NCBI RefSeq assembly: GCF_009914755.1
Contig: NC_060925.1
Strand: one strand, 5' to 3'
Source: the human T2T-CHM13v2.0 reference genome, Homo sapiens
DNA: 64,000 bases
This document shows positions 13,824 to 28,493 of this stretch, one piece after another. Both the position numbers and the translations under genes were made by a program. The notes beneath the pieces are model-generated. The model saw only the letters and a program-made list of their open reading frames with translations. It was not told the origin of the DNA and made no database searches. The first letter of the stretch is position 1; each line of letters begins with the position of its first letter.

Positions 13824-16684
13824 TCATGTAATAAATGGTAACTTTTCAAGTATAAGTTAGGTAAATATTTCTTTTTCCTCTCCCCTTTCCTGTCTAAATC
13901 CATTACTTTGCACATTTTTGAGAGAATAAAACATGAGTTTTTTAGTTACTATCTTGGTCTATTACTGCATAATAAAATAAATTTTTCTTAATTTGTAAAA
14001 ACTGAATCATGTGAATTATCCATATAACTTTATATATACAGTATGTGTGCACATATACACACATATTTAAATGTTTGTTAATTCTGGGAAACTATAAAAA
14101 TGAATTTGTGTGCTAAACTGAAACTAACATTTTTATTTTCTATAATCTGATCATAGAAAAAAGTATCCGTAATGAGCTTACAGTACATAAATTATTGTCT
14201 GGGTGTTAATTGCACTCAAAAAGCTACGTCTGCTGAAACCACAATTGCTAAATGGAAAAAAAAGATATATATATTATTATCCAAACAATGCCCATTTATA
14301 CAGATATTAAGAAACAGTTGTTTGTTATCTTCCAATCAAACATATCTAAATGTTTTGTGTCATAACAACCAAACAACTGAATGATTGACTAAATTCTCTA
14401 GCAGGATGTTTGTGCATTATGTAGACATAACCAATGAATTACTGTACTTTTAAAGGCCTGGATAAATTCTCAGAAGTTTTTTATGTGCACAAAGACAATG
14501 CAGTTGTATATGACCTTGTTATTACATGTGAAGAACGTTAAGTCTAGGAGAGATGAAACGTTTTCTGATTTTCAGGAGATAAATGCATAAATACATTTTT
14601 GTTCAAAATGGTCTCCTTTTTTTCAATATACACAGTCACTGAGAGAGACCAGAAAATGTCTCCTAGTGGAAAAATAGACCAATGGGAGGACATAGTTGGC
14701 AAGCAAGAGAGGAGATGGTTGACGGGGCATAAACAGAAAAGATCCCAGAGGCAAAAATTGTATCGGAACAGCTAGTCATGGATGAAGGGGCATATGGGGA
14801 GTATACAAACTTGGAGAAGACAAACTTGTGCTGAAACTGACCACTTCTAGTTCCCAAATCTAAAATCCACACAGTCACCTGTCCTGATGCCCTGGAATTT
14901 CAATACTCTAGACATAGCTGTTACCATGCTGCTTTAAAAAAGTGCAGCAAGGTAATGCAGAGTGTGAGTTATCATTCACTGAATTAATCAAAAGCTTTTT
15001 CCTAAACAACTGCCATTAAGAGTTTAAGAAAACATCATTTCAGATGCACATGTTAGGTGGAGGCTAAAATGAAAAGGTAAGGTTTTGAATAAGATACTGC
15101 AGGGTCAAAAAACTATTTTAATACAACCTTAGTTATTCACCCTGTAATTTTTATACATGTGTAGATTTCCACAGAAAAATAAATAACTAGAGAAGAAGAA
15201 ATGCCTTAGTTGTGTCTTTAAGAGAATTTAAGAAATCAGATTCAGAAATAGATTGTATACACAGACCATCCTGGCAATTCCTGTTTTTTTCAAGGAAGAG
15301 TGTTGCCATTATATATGTCACTGTCCACATTGTCTGTTTCACTCTGAAGAAATCTTTTAAAAGCCAGCGTTGCTGCAAATCCTGGCACAACTAACCATTA
15401 AGCTTTTTTTCAAAAGTATTGCCATCGATTTGTACTTACCAAAGTCTATTATATATCTCATGGGTAAAGCCTTTAATTGTTTGCAAATAATAAAGAAACA
15501 CATTGGAAATATGAATGAAATAAAATATGACAAAGTTCTATTACGCTGCCCATAACCCTCAGTAGCTTTCTCTAAAACAACAACAACAAAAAAAAAAACA
15601 AAAACAAAAAACAACACTTAAGCTTTTCCCTTATTGTCTTAAAATCATATTTTCGTACTTACACACCTAGAGGAATTAGTAGAGTAGACAACTGAAGGCC
15701 TTAAATAACCCAGAGAGCAGAAAATGCATGGGACCATTCTTGAAAACACTAGAAAAAATTCTGAGAGGTGTGGTTTATTATAGTGCTCAATAGTATTAAA
15801 ATAAATAACTTAGTTGTAAAAATAATAATAATATCGAACATACTGAACTGATTTTAGAATAACAGTTTCAAATGATTTTAGCCAGGGACTTCTCTGACAT
15901 TCAACTAAATTTGATAGACTTGGATTTTTGTTTCTTTTGCCTTTCATAACCCAAGGCCAATGCTTAAAATAACTCCAGATTCAGGTCCTCTATATCATCC
16001 TCATCTGTGTTCCCCAGGATATTCCTTCTAGCCCTTTTTCTGCCTACATTTCTCATCCATCAAAAGAACTATCCATCTCGTTTTTCATTTGCACTACATT
16101 CTCACCATGCTATCCTTGAAATCCATTCTATGGGACCATGTTCTATGTGAAAGTGCTATAATTAGATCCTTCTGGGTCATTTGGTAATGAACCCATCTGG
16201 ATTTCATCCAACATACACTAGTTTTATACCAAATCTGACCTATTATGGCTAGAATTACATTAAGGTTCCATTCTAAGTCCTTTCTTATTAAAATTGTGAG
16301 CTGTCATCCTGGGATTTTACGCAACAAACTATGAAAACTAAGCTTATATAAGGATAATTAAGTTAAAGTACACACTTTTAGGTGTGACTTTCTTAAGACT
16401 GAGCTAGAGACAAAGACAAATAGCCAGATTTTGGACCTCCTGCTAATTAGAATGGTAGTTCTCAAACTATTTTAACCAATATCCATTTAAACATGGCAAA
16501 TAACCCTAAAAATCACCTGGACTATTCTCAATTTCCATTGGAAACATTATTTCATAATAGCAATGAAACATTACTTATTGTACAAATAAATTTGGGGGAG
16601 GAGGTTAGAGATAAATGATATAGATGATGCTCATATGATTCACAATACACATCTGAGATACACTAATTATAAGATTAGAGGGTG

Positions 16685-16999
16685 GACCAGGCACGGTGGT
16701 ATACGCCTGTAATCCCAACACTAGTGAGGCTGAAGCAGAGGGTCGCTTGAGCCCAACTGTTTGAGACCAGCCTAGGCAACATAGTGAGACCTCCATCTCC
16801 ACAAAAAAAGAAAAACAATTTTTGTTTTGAATTAGCTGAATGTGCTGGCACACACCGGTAATCCCAGCTACCTGGGAGGCTGAGGTGAAAGGATCACTTG
16901 AGCCCAGTAAGTTGATTGTGCAGTGATCTATGATTGTGCCACTGCATCCAGCCTGAGTGACAGAGGGAGACACTGTCTTAAAAAAAAAAAAAAAAAAAA
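16685..16999 (+). mobile_element. AluJ
   Basis: Diverged dimeric Alu, 'cgcttgagccc...ggcaacatagtgagac', poly-A tail. Confidence 0.95.
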
Positions 17000-18463
17000 G
17001 GATTTAAAGACAAAATTAGTGGTAAAATTAAGCACTGGTACCCACTATAGAGTTAACACAAGACAAAATGGATTATGGGGAGACTAAATGAGAAGAAAAT
17101 TATAAATAAAAGCCAAGGACAGTAACAATTGAAAATCAGCAACAGCATAAGAAAAGTTTCACAACATTCTAGCAGCCTTCCTGAGGAGGGTGGAAGTGCC
17201 ACTCACGTCTGCAAGCTTCTCAGCATCACCAGGCACCCTGTGGGAGCCAGTGTAAAGAAAGGAAGAAAGAAAATCCTACAAACCTAGGATTAACAAAATT
17301 TGCCTTATAAACATTAAATCATTGTAACTCTGAATAAATTACATAGTATTTTACTAGTAACCAGACTTTAATTGTATACGAGGAAAATATCCTGTGGAAT
17401 GACATGTCATTGCTCCTAAAGAACCAAAGAAAGAATTTAGCACCACTGCAAGAGTTCACAGCCTATCGCTGGGCCAAGGGACAATTTTTCAAACATCTGC
17501 TTCAGTACTGAGCTCTTAAAAAATTAGATGTATGTTGGTAGCCTAAAAGTTTGTCAATAATCATACCGCAGGTTATCTGGATAACAACTCATGGACCAAA
17601 TACTATATATAACTCACTTCTGGCTCACAATACACATCTAGGTTCAGGTTATCACTGGATCAAGCTGTACCCCTTTATTGTCTAAGGCTAATGAGAAGTG
17701 TATTTCTTAGATAAATGCAGTGTACCTGCTAAGTAAAGGGTAACCAATATCATTTGAAATCCTGATGAAGATTTCTCTATAGTTTGACTGTAGAAAATTC
17801 TGAGAGAATTGTCACAGCAAGTGAGAAAACAGCTCTGGTGTAAAAACTGAAAACAGCCTGATTGTCATTTATGTGGTGAACAGTAATTTGATTTCAACAA
17901 AACAACTTCATCTGTCCATCAAATTAATGATCCTAATTTAAATTTTATTAGTTTTGTAGTTTTTGTTGACTTGAACTTGTAAAATGGTTTTTCTTATACA
18001 TAATTATATAAAGCCAATAAGCACACAGTTTATACCTATTATGTTTAAACGTGTTTAAGTAATACTATAATAAGAATAATTAAGTCAAAGCTTAGGGTCA
18101 TTAAGAAACTTTGCTCTTAAACGGAACCTATATAATGAGTGCCCTAGTTTGTGGCATTGAGAAGCACCTCTTTGGCCTAGTTAATCCCCAAGAGAACAAA
18201 ACCATAAATGAACGGGACAGGATGAATCTGAGGAGAAAATGGGTACACAGTGATCGGGAAAGAGATTAGGAGACATTTCTGCAGTCAGCTGAAAAGATTA
18301 TAATAAGAAACTGCTTACCAAAAAGCTTCCTCCTGCCTTTTGAAGATTTCTAGAATAATACCTCCTGGGAAACCCAGGCAACAGGAACTTTCTGGTTCCT
18401 CTAAAGAATTCTGTAATGGCCACAAAATATCTCCCTCAAACTTCCAGAAATTTTGCTAATTTG

Positions 18464-18466
<3 letters not shown>

Positions 18467-18495
<29 letters not shown>
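18467..18495. repeat. (TG)n microsatellite
   Basis: Directly visible. Confidence 0.95.
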
Positions 18496-18498
<3 letters not shown>

Positions 18499-18559
18499 AC
18501 CTCTATACTCTTCTTGACTCAGAACTCTTCTTACCCTTTCCATCATTGCCACTGTTGCC

Positions 18560-18927
18560 AGAAACAATATGATTCCTCCATTAGGAAATTTGAGGTAATT
18601 CTTCCCGTGGTTCTTCAATGTGAACTCTTTCCATTTCAGTGCATTTTACACATTGTTCAATATTCCTACAGGAAAGTTCGGATCATTTTTGTTGCCTACT
18701 CTAAAAGCCATGAAGGTTCGACATTGCCTATAAATCAGGCATTCGAGGCAATCATCATGACATTAATGATGTTTTCTTATCTGGCTTCAATCATTCTTCC
18801 GAGCATGTTCCCCAATACTTCCTAAACTTCCACAATGTTACTAGATGTTCGTACCTATCACTTTCTGCCTCTGTGACTTTACACAAGCTGTTTTCTTAAC
18901 AGAAAATATATGTTCCTCCTACTCAGG
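18560..18927 (+). mobile_element. L2 fragment, left part of the L2 split by the ERVL provirus
   Basis: Diverged L2-like 'ttctgcctctgtgactttacacaagctgtt...tcctactca'; appears to resume collinearly at 23106. Confidence 0.5.
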
Positions 18928-19655
18928 TGTCATACAACAGGTTTCCTAAGACTCCTAGACTCTGAAGCCTGTACACAGGGTTTAACCAGGGAGTGCTCTC
19001 TAGAGTGGAACTAAGAGAGTGTATTAGTCTGCTCAGGCTGCTATAACAAAATATTAAAATCTGGATAGCTTTTATAAACAACAGAAATTTATTTCTCACA
19101 GTCCTGGAAACTGAAAAGGTTAAGATCAAGGTGCCAGCAGGCACAGTGTCTGGTGAGGGCCCGTTTCCCGGTTTGTAGATGAAGCCTTCTAGCTGTATCC
19201 TCACTTGGTACGAAGGGCAGAGTGGATCTGCCTTCATGATCTAATCACGCCTAAAAGACCCTACCTCCTAATACCCTCACCTTGGGGGTTAGGATTTCAA
19301 CACATGAATCTGGAGGGGACACAAACTTTCACACCATAAGAGACAGTAAGCCCAAAAGACTAAACAAAACAGGATTGTTTGGGAAGACGTTGAAGTTGCG
19401 CTCAGAAAAAATTGCAACAGTGGACTCTACTGATTCTGTTGAGAGTCTGAAGCTCAGAAAACTTTTCAGAGATGCCTCCAATCCAGGTAAAGCAGTCAGA
19501 CAGGTCTGCGTACCTCTGTATTGACCAGTCATTGGAGGCTGGCTGCCCTGGAAATGGGATATAACTTTTAGCAAGCCATCTTTCTTCAACTGGAGGTAGG
19601 AGAGAGATGAAGAAAGCTATGAACAGTCACAAGTAGCTCAAATCAGGCAGGTTCT
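18928..19655 (-). mobile_element. 3' LTR of ERVL provirus (LTR16A-like), interrupted by MLT1A and missing its U3-proximal end
   Basis: Starts tgtc on + strand; 'gggagtgctctc', 'gtacctctgtattgaccagtcattggaggctggctgccc' resemble LTR16A and are collinear with the copy at 22661-23105. Confidence 0.7.
19020..19340 (-). mobile_element. MaLR LTR (MLT1A0-like), internally deleted
   Basis: 'tgtattagtctgctcaggctgctataacaaaata...aacagaaatttatttctcacagt...gggggttaggatttcaacacatgaat'. Confidence 0.9.
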
Positions 19656-19907
19656 GAAAGCAGATAATAAAGAAGCTGTTTATTTCAATAGTGTATAACT
19701 CTGTGCTGCCAAGGGCATGATAGGCTCCATATGTATGTTGCAAATACTCTTTTTAGGGTTTTACCCACCATAGATACCTGTAATACCATATTGTATAGCC
19801 CAAGTGGCAAGGTGCCTTGAATTGTACCCTGGATTATACAAGAACACATTTCTTAAAGGTGGCAGACTTCTGCTCTATGCCAGTCAAGAAATGGGTTGGA
19901 GCAATAA

Positions 19908-20197
<290 letters not shown>

Positions 20198-22112
20198 TAA
20201 CAATAATTCTTAATGTGGAATATGATGCCTCCAGAACCTGAAGAAGCCTACTAAACATGATATTTACTTCTTAGTTGTAGAAGCATAAGTTGCAATGATT
20301 TGTTTACTTTACTTTGGAAGTGATGTTCTGGCATGCACTAGACTCCTAAAAATGTCACTGATTAGTCAGGTCCTTGAATCTTTGAAGATTTTTATCTTCA
20401 ACCCTTTGAAGTACACATACATACTAAGGCCTTCAGTGTACAGGCTACTTTCTGCTCATCTGGTCTGATTAACAACATCATCAATATAGTAGTCCAATGA
20501 GATATATGTGGCATGTATATAAGGTCCAGATACCTTCTGATTATCTTTTGATAGCACAAGATATGGAGCAAGACAATAAATGTACACTCTTTTCTACCTT
20601 ATAATAACTCACTTTTTTAGAGTCCTCCTTCTTGATGAAGATGGAAAAGCCTGCATGCTTCAACTCAGTGGGAACCATGTGCTTGAAGCCTCATTAATCT
20701 TTTAAGCGAAGACAGCATGTTCGGCATTACAGCTTCAACTGGTGCTACTCGTTGGTTGAGTCAGCAGAAGTCGGCTGTAATCATCTAGGCACCGTCTGTG
20801 TTTCTATAGGCTGGTGAATTAAACAGGAGATATTATGGGGACCATCTTTCCTGCATCCTTCCAGTATTTAATAATGGTACTAACATCTGTCATTTTTTTT
20901 TCTGGATGAAGTATTGTTCTTGATTAACTATCTTGACTGAATTTTGAGGGGAGCACTTTCGAAGGCTGCTGCTCGGCTTTCCCTGAGATAGCTCTTTCTC
21001 GTTGGGTGAAGAAACCAATGTAAGGATTTTACCAGATACCAAATATGTCTCTTCTTGGACTGTATACATGTCCACTCTAATGCTCTACCCTTCATATCAA
21101 GATCAACTGAAACCCTGTATCCAACAGTCCTCAAAAATGTCTGAGCGATCCCCTTTTCCCAATTTAGAATGGCCCAGAAGTACCTTAGCAGGAAGAATGA
21201 GGGTTAACAGTTGGCGTATTTTCTTGCTGTAATGTTGCAAGGTCTTAAGTCTTGGAACTTATTCTTTAGTCAATAATGATTTCAGATATGAAAATAGTCT
21301 CAGTTATAGAAATACGAATATTATTTATTTAAGGCCGTCACCCTTGGCCTCCTGTATTTTAAAAAGCTATATAGACAAGCAATACACTTGATGGTTCCCC
21401 ATTTACCTAGAAATAAGATATTCTATTAATTATCTCCATTGCTCTCAGCAGATCAACATTTCCCTGCATCCTGGTTGCCACTCCAAACTCGCCTTCATCA
21501 CATCTTACCTTGCTTCCAAAGTGCCTATTATCTTGGGATCCTCCTATTCCAACTGTTGGTAGGGCACAGTTATTTCCCCCTCTTAGTAGGTTTGGCACTT
21601 ATCTGCCTGATTTCTTGTTGTGATTTAACCTATTTTGTCATCTGGTTATGAGGAGGGAAGGTAGGATTAAATACAGATGTTCTGTATTTAATAGTAAATA
21701 CAGATGTTCTGTATGTTCTCTGGCAAAACAGAGACCTCTGCATCATCTTTAAGCAGTAGCCTTTAACCAGGAAGGGTAGGCCACTTCTGCAATCGCAGCA
21801 AATTCAGAGTATCTAAAGATTTGAGAATTTTAACACATAAACTTAGATGTGCTTAACCCATTTCTCACCTGGACGTGGCAGGCTTGCTAAGATGGAAAAT
21901 GCAACTTCCTCTGGAGATTTGTTATGCAGATGATTAAGCACTGGGTTGACATCTGCTTTCCAACCATAGAAGACAAAAATCCTTTCTATGTTATCCAGTA
22001 GGTCCTCTGGCTTTCACACGTAGCTTGTAATTGGTAATTAATCTCAGCCTTCCATTGACTTTCTCCAGTGTATATAGGTTCCCCCTCAGCAGTAGCCATC
22101 CAATGACATGAC

Positions 22113-22494
<382 letters not shown>

Positions 22495-22640
22495 TAAGTC
22501 CAATTCCCCACTGGTGGAAGTTTTATCATTGCCTTGCTATGGCATGTCAAGAGCTAGCCACACTCCAACCACTAACAGTGATGGTCATAGTCAGCTGATT
22601 TGTCCAGCTCCAAAATTCTATTTTATGGTCTTCCTCCTAA

Positions 22641-22657
22641 CACCACTCCCAGTACCA
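22641..22657 (-). promoter_or_regulatory. Retroviral primer-binding site (tRNA-Leu type)
   Basis: Minus strand reads TGGTACTGGGAGTGGTG, 3 nt after the LTR; 14/17 match to the complement of the tRNA-Leu(TAA) 3' end as I recall it. Confidence 0.75.
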
Positions 22658-22660
22658 ACT

Positions 22661-23105
22661 AGTTCAAGTTGGGCTCTCCCAGTAAACAGATACTGAGATT
22701 GAGATTTGTGTGCAGAGGTTTATTGGGCAGTGCTGTTAGGAACAACTCTGAGTAAAGCAAGGGGAGGGAGAAGGATTGGAGGAAATTAAAATGTGATATC
22801 ATTGTGAGTGTAGCCTTAGCTCATCCCATTGGAACCTCTGAAGCTGAGATGATCCTTCGGAGGTAACCTAAATAAAGACCAAGGGCCAGATCTTTGTATT
22901 ACCACATTAACTACTCACTGGATGAGGGCTACCTCTGGGGGGTGGCATAAACTTGGAGGTGGCATGTTCCTTTACGTCAAAAAAGCCGTTATGGAGCCCT
23001 TAACCATCTTATGCTCATGGGATCTCAGAGAATGAATATCTCAATCATACTCAAAGAGAGTACTTCAAAGGGAGATTTGTGTGGTACAACACAGTATCCA
23101 CTACA
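22661..23105 (-). mobile_element. 5' LTR of ERVL provirus (LTR16A-like)
   Basis: 'aaacagatactgagattgagatttgtgtgcagaggtttattgggcagtgct' (AATAAA on minus) and terminal 'acagtatccactaca'; abuts the PBS. Confidence 0.85.
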
Positions 23106-23687
23106 CTATCACTTAAAGCCTACATCAAATTCCACCTTTGTACTTCCAAGCTGAAAATATCTTCATTTTCCCTCTGAATTCCCATAAAACTTTGTTATAC
23201 TTTTCTCATAATACCATCTTCAACTACATTTATAGATAAATCTAATCTTTCCTTTTATATTTAAAATTCCTTGGGTTCAGACTTTGTGTGCAATTTATCT
23301 TCAAGTTTCTTACTAAGTCTATTTCTGTACTTTCTCATTGTGTAATCAATAATTGTTTTATCTTACAAATTTCTATTCATCTTCAAATCTCAGCTTACAA
23401 ATCATTTCTTCAAGAAACCTTCTCTAAACCCCCAGACTCAGGAAGATTATACATGTTCATAACACCTTGTACTTGTCTATCATCACATTAATTACAATTA
23501 TATTTAATTTGTCACAAAAGTAGTTATTTAATAGGCTTCCACTGCTAGAATAAAAGTTCACGAAGTCAAGATCCAGGTCTCCCCTGTTCACTACTTTACC
23601 TACAGAAATTAGCACAATGCCTGGCGCATAATTGGCTGCTAAATAAATAGTTATTGAGCAAAAGAATGGATGAACTAATGAATGAAG
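23106..23687 (+). mobile_element. L2 3' fragments (continuation of the split L2, then a second L2 3' end)
   Basis: 'cacaatgcctggcgcataattggctgctaaataaatagttattgagc...atgaatgaa' is an L2 terminus. Confidence 0.7.
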
Positions 23688-24339
23688 AGGAGAGTCTCCT
23701 TCAATATGAAAGTAAAGAATAAAAATTAACAGTCACTCAACTAGTGGCCTGAATTTTTTCATGAGCTTGCTTTCCTCCAAAGATCTTTCTGGGATTGCAC
23801 CAAGGGGCTGCTTTCTTGAGGTGATAAAAGGATCAAAGTATTTCAGGCATTTGGATTGCAGGACAGAGCCTAGTGAGACTCCAAAGGGGTTGGCCTTCTG
23901 GAAGACAACATGAGGAACTTGAGATTCTGAGATTTAAGACAGGATACAGAGGTACTTCTATACGAATGAAGAATTTGGATAGTAAATATTAGTGTTGAAG
24001 CCAAACTCTGTCTTGTTTGCTATCTGACCCCATCCATCACCAATGATCAGAGGACTGCATTTGAGTCATCTCAAGACGTTTATAACTAAGCCACCTCACT
24101 GTGCTATTAGAAAACAAGAGAAGTAATTACTGCACAGGGCTTTTCTGTCAAGTTCCTTGAACAGATAACACTGAAGCCAGAAAGGATCACAAGCACTCTC
24201 TTTCCTAGCCTCATCATGAATTTTCTGTCAGGATTGGTTCATTTTATACTCGGTTTTATATATGGGTAAACATATTTATTCTATGTGTTCATGCACCAAT
24301 ATTTGTTATTTCATTTTAGTATTTTTTAACTTCTTGTTA

Positions 24340-24515
24340 AAGAGTTTGTGTTTTGGCATGAGGTTATATAAGTTCAAATCCTGTCCAATTAGCTATCTTC
24401 AAAAAACCACTTGGCCTCAGTTTCCCCATCTTTAAAACAAAAGATAACAGAAAAAGCTACCTCAGTGTTATTGTAAAGAACAAATTAAGAAGTCAGTACA
24501 AAAGCGCTTTGTATG
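24340..24515 (+). mobile_element. MIR SINE
   Basis: 'gttcaaatcct...ggcctcagtttccccatctttaaaa...aaagcgcttt'. Confidence 0.75.
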
Positions 24516-24951
24516 TGGTAAATCCCCACCTCCATGATTAGCTGTGATAGTGACAGGCCATTCTCAATACAGGACATTGTTAGGTATTTATGCTACGGTG
24601 GTGGGCTTCCTTCTGTTGACAGTTTATTTGAGGCAGGTAAAAATACCATCATAACCTAAATGATTACTTTGTTCAACAAACGTGCTTCAGAAGGAAGCAC
24701 CTAGTATTAGCATGTGCTAGCAAAGGCACTCAATAATTGACTGCTAACTGGTTGATGTTCATGAAAATCAGGCAAAAATTTAGGAGGAATTTTCAGTTGT
24801 TATAAAGCTGGGTCATTATCAAATGTTACTTATCATGCCTCATTTTTACACTGTGTATCGAGATTTAGGAAAATAACTGGCTAGCTTTTCTCAAACTACA
24901 TATTCAGACGTAGTTTTAGTTTTTGTTTTTATTTTTTTTTTTAATTTCTTA

Positions 24952-25082
24952 ATTTTTTTTTTCTGTTTTGTTTTGTTTAGAGACAGGGTCTTGTTAGGTT
25001 TTCCAGGCTGGTCTTGAACTCCTGGCCTTAAGTGATCCCCCTAAGGCACAGGAATCACAAGCATGAGACACTGCACCTGGCC
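24952..25082 (-). mobile_element. Alu left monomer (FLAM_C-like), internally deleted
   Basis: 'agagacagggtcttg...caggctggtcttgaactcctggccttaagtgatcc...gcacctggcc'. Confidence 0.85.
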
Positions 25083-26244
25083 TGGTTTGAGTTTTCTCAT
25101 AGTCATATTATCTATGTTTTCATGTCATTTATTTATGAAGAAATTCTTACGGCCCACAGGTCTGATTAAGTTCCTGCTAAGGGAATCTTCTGAGTAACTT
25201 TGCCACTATAGGGAGCCCTTTGGCTTTCTGACAGAAGAACTGAGAGTAACTCACAGGCCAGGCCTTGGCAAAGCTATTTCCTAGCCCAGCTTTTCTAGGT
25301 GGTGTTATGAGTCTGGGCATACCACATCTTAACAATCTGTGCCTGCGTCCTCATTTATAAAGTTAGGAATTTCAATTAACATTTATTGAGCACTCACTAC
25401 AATTAAGGAATTATGCAGGGGAGAGACAGTGATTCCAGATGGATTTTGATGGTAGCACAGATGTAAACACCTATACCAGTGTTCCATTTTCAGAAACTTG
25501 GGGATGATCCTTTCCACTCTCAACCCATGTTCTGCAGGTTTCTCCTCCTTGCATTTACTCTCTTGTAATATATGTGTACATGCCTCATCTCTCATCCAAG
25601 TAAAAGCTCCTTGGAATGCAGGGACTCCATCATAACCTTATTCTTCTTTTAACCTCCTGTTCTTACCCTTAGCATTTGAGAAAGCAGTTACACATAATAG
25701 GTGCTAGATGAAATTTTAAGTACATGAAAATATTAACACCTATTATCAAAGGAGGGATTGGGTAAATGTCATCACAAAATTTTAAAGAATTTACTCTGGA
25801 TAGTGTTTATTTAGCTTCCAATGTATCCCAGAAGGCAACCTCATAAGGTAACAAAATGTCTCCATTTCGCATATAAAGAACTCAGACTCAGAGTAACCTA
25901 ATAATTTGTAGAAGACTAGATTCAAACACAAGCCCATCCAATTCCAAATGCTATATTTCTACATAGTCATTTCACCCAAGCTATCACACATGAGAAAGAA
26001 TGCATCCGAGACAAAAGGATTGGAAAAGATTTCCTAAAAGTGGTGATGTTTGAGATGGATCTTGAGACTGAATAGAACTCTGACAAAGAGAAATGACAGA
26101 AACATGTCCTGCAAAGAGAACATTAATAGGAGCCAGAGACTGAGGATCCTGGAACATGATTGGGTTAGTAATCCAGATCAGCTCTAGGTTATGGTATGTG
26201 GCTAATAATTAAAAATATTATGATAATAATATGATGCAAAATTA

Positions 26245-26572
<328 letters not shown>

Positions 26573-26574
26573 AA

Positions 26575-26737
26575 ATATATATATACATACACACACACAT
26601 TTATATACATATATATCCACACATATATATAGTGTGTTATATATATGTATATATATGTATATGTGTGTGTGTGTATATATGTGTCCATATAAGTGTATAT
26701 ATATGTATATATATGTGTATGTGTGCGTGTGTGTGTA

Positions 26738-26774
<37 letters not shown>
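26575..26774. repeat. Complex (TA)/(CA)/(TG) microsatellite between two Alus
   Basis: About 200 bp of alternating purine-pyrimidine repeats. Confidence 0.95.
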
Positions 26775-27090
26775 CCAGGCATGATAGCTCATCCCTGTAA
26801 TCCCAGTAATTTGGTGGCAGAGACTGGGGATCACTTGAGCCCAGGAGTTCAAGACTAGCCTGTGCAACATAGCGAAAGCTTGTCTCTGCAAAAAATAAAA
26901 AATAAGTAAATTAGCTGAGCATGGTGGCACATGTCTGTGGTCACAGCTACTCAGGAGACTGAGATAGGAGGATCGCTTGAGCCCAGGAGGTCAAGGCTGT
27001 GGTTAGCTATGAACCCACCACTGCACTACAGCCAGGGCACAGAGTGAGACCCTATCTCAAAAAACAAAGAAGACAAATAAACAAACAAAA
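26775..27090 (+). mobile_element. AluJ
   Basis: 'cacttgagcccaggagttcaagac', 'ggaggtcaaggctg', A-rich tail. Confidence 0.95.
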
Positions 27091-27499
27091 CATATATATG
27101 AATCTCCTCAAAATGCTCCAAGGACTTTCCATTACATTCAGAATAAAACCAAAGACCTTTTCCACATGATCCCCATGACTGCCACTCTGACCTCAGTATC
27201 TATCACTCTTTCTGACAGCCACTTAATTACATCCATAGTAGCTTTCTTACTATACTTACTAAACCCACCAGAGCCCCACTTCAGGCCCTCTTTATTGGTG
27301 TTTCCTGGGCCAAGAAATTTCTTTTCGTAGATAGTTTCCTGGCTTGATCTCTCAGTACATTCCAGTACTAGTTCAAATGCTGTCTCCTCAAAAAATGACT
27401 TGCTTAGTGATCACATCTGAAAGAGCAGCCCCCTTTCCTCTCTCTCTTTTTATCCAGGCTTCTTTTCCTTCTTTTTATTTGTCTCCACCAGGTATTAAA

Positions 27500-27790
27500 T
27501 TAACTATCAAGGTTATCAAAAACAAAGAACTTCTGAGAAACTGTCAGAGCCAAGCGTATTCTAAGGAGACACAAAGACTGGATGGAATGTGGTATCCTGG
27601 ATAGAAAAAGACATTCAGTAAAAAATAATGAAAACTGAATAAACTACAAACTTTAATTCACAGTCATGTATCACAGTAAGATGTTAATAATAGGAAAAAC
27701 TGGATGTAAGGAAATTCTCTGTACTGTCTTCATAGTTTTTCTGTAAAAATGAAACTAATCTGAAATTTAAAATTTACTTTAAAAAAATAT
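27500..27790 (+). mobile_element. Old L1M (L1MD/MC-type) 3' end
   Basis: 'gtaagatgttaataataggaaaaactgg...ctctgtactgtcttcatagtttttctgtaaa' followed by an A-run. Confidence 0.75.
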
Positions 27791-27798
27791 GTATGCGT

Positions 27799-28204
<406 letters not shown>

Positions 28205-28406
28205 CTAAGCCAAGTAGTAGGCAAATAGAAAGACAGGTGCAAGAGATATTTTGATCTAGAAATATATGAGACTGAAAATTGATTTCAAGGCAGTGAGCAA
28301 GGAGGTATAAGTAGATTAAACTGAGGTTATGAATCTAGATGACTAGAAGAATGTTAATATCATCAATTAAAATGAGGAATAGTAATTCTTCTCTGAACTT
28401 CCTATA

Positions 28407-28493
28407 CAGAGGTCCTCAATTTAGGATCAATCCACTATGACTTTACAATGAGTTTGCTGGGACATAATCCTGTTGTAAGTCAAGAAGCATCTG
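28407..28493. mobile_element. Tigger-family MITE (MER47-like)
   Basis: TA-flanked; imperfect terminal inverted repeats cagaggtcctcaatttag and gtaagtcaagaagcatctg. Confidence 0.7.
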
